Source of the DNA: Mobula hypostoma
Lineage: Eukaryota
DNA: 64,000 nucleotides
NCBI RefSeq assembly: GCF_963921235.1
Contig: NC_086097.1
Span: 3,348,001 to 3,412,000 of the forward strand
Reading direction: 5' to 3'
In this document: positions 62,533 through 64,000 of the stretch, piece by piece
How the letters are laid out: each line of letters begins with the position of its first letter
Numbering within the stretch: position 1 is the first letter of the stretch
Notes under the pieces: model-generated
The model's input: the letters and a program-made list of their open reading frames with translations, nothing else
What the model was told of the DNA's origin: nothing
Database searches by the model: none
Position numbers and translations under genes: made by a program

Positions 62533-63159
62533 AACAAGGGGAATTGAGTATAGGAGCAAAGAGGTCCTTCTGCAGCTGTACAGGGCCCTGGTGAGACCAC
62601 ACCTGGAGTACTGTGTGCAGTTTTGCTCTCCAAATTTGAGGAAGGACATTCTTGCTATTGAGGGAGTACAGCGTAGGTTCACAAGGTTAATTCCCGGGAT
62701 GGTGGGACTGTCATATGTCGAAAGATTGGAGCGACTGGGCTTGTGTACACTGGAATTTAGAAGGCTGAGAGGGGATCTTATTGAAACATATAAGATTATT
62801 AAGGGATTGGACACGCTGCAGGCAGGAAGCATGTTCCCGCTGATGGGTGAGTCCAGAACCAGAGGCCACACTTTAAGAATAAGGGGTAGTCCATTTAGAA
62901 CGGAGTTGAGGAAAAACTTTTTCACCCAGAGAGTGGTGGATATATGGAATGCTCTGCCCCAGAAGGCAGTGGAGGCCAAGTCTCTGGATGCTTTCAAGAA
63001 AGAGATGGATAGAGCTCTTAAAGATAGCAGAATCAAAGGTTATGGGGATAAGGCAGGAACTGGATACTGATTGTGGATGATCAGCCATGATCACAATGAA
63101 TGGCGATGCTGGCTCGAAGGGCTGAATGGCCTACTCCTGCACCTATTGTCTATTGTCTA
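62533..63159 (+). mobile_element. Young CR1 3' fragment nested in a Rex1-type fragment (about 62355-63440)
   Basis: Open frame RGIEYRSKEV...GYGDKAG; (CTATTGT)n tail; Rex1 sequence resumes at GAAGGATCCTCATCAC. Confidence 0.88.
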
Positions 63160-64000
63160 TGAAGGATCCTCATCACCTTGTCATTGAGAAGGATGCCCTC
63201 TTCTCAATGCTACCATCAAGCAGCCATTTCAGGAACAGCTTCTTCCCCTCCACCATCAGATTTCTGAACGGACAATGAACACTATCTCAGTATTTTCCTC
63301 TCTTTTTGCACTAGCATTTAATTATATATATTTCTCATTGTAATTTATATATTTTTTCTTATTATGTATTGCAATGTACTGCTGCCATAAAACAACAAAT
63401 TTCGTGATATTTGCCAATGATATTAAACCTGATTCTGATTACCTAGAAATTACAAGCTATCTGGACTGTTGTACACGATGATGATGATTAACTCTCAGTG
63501 CACTTCATCTATACATCTACCATGCTTGATGTTAACACTGCATGTAACTTGGAGGTGGATGTGCCTGTGGAGAGATAGTGAGGGCAAGCAGCCTGTAGCC
63601 AGAGCAGGAGCCAAGATAACTCAGACAGATGCCTGTGTATCAGAGCCTCATGAGAATATGCCAGTGATATTAAGCCTGGTTCTGATTCAGATTCTGAGTG
63701 AGAGAAAGCCTTAGACCATATGGTTTAATAATTCATTTATTTCATACTTATTATATAGAAAATAAACATGTTGAAGAATAAAGCCCATGGCCTGGTCTTT
63801 AAGGGAAAAATAGTATTTTACTGATTTGTAATTTTGATAAAACTCTTTATTGTGATTTAAAACAACTACAGACTTGCCAGTGTAGAAAAGGCTTTATCAG
63901 TTAAATCATGACATGCCAACAAAGAATTAAAAAAAGCACCTATTTGTAAAGTCATTCTCAAAACGTAACTGGCTATGTGTTTTGAAAGGATGAGTACACT

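Overview
Vertebrate genomic DNA that is mostly transposon-derived. The repeat mix (dominant CR1 LINEs, Penelope-like elements, Rex1/Babar, RTE, L1, L2, V-domain SINEs) suggests a cartilaginous fish, which is an inference. I found no confidently identified host gene, only one weak candidate exon. The main feature is a Gypsy-type LTR retrotransposon at 14318-18260 (minus strand) with both LTRs, PBS, PPT and a CCATC target-site duplication inside a CR1. Its RT-RNaseH-integrase region has been replaced by a start-to-stop, intronless copy of the host SUDS3 (Sin3/HDAC corepressor subunit) mRNA, fused in frame behind the gag-protease. The copy has no poly(A) tail and is now disabled. Other notable items: minimal hammerhead ribozyme motifs in Penelope termini, fold-back Penelope insertions with 10-14 bp TSDs, a permuted and inverted Gypsy remnant, a Harbinger transposase relic, several resolvable nested insertions, and a young CR1 with an intact 559-aa RT frame. 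Family assignments come from recalled protein motifs, not database searches. Boundaries of old repeats are approximate.
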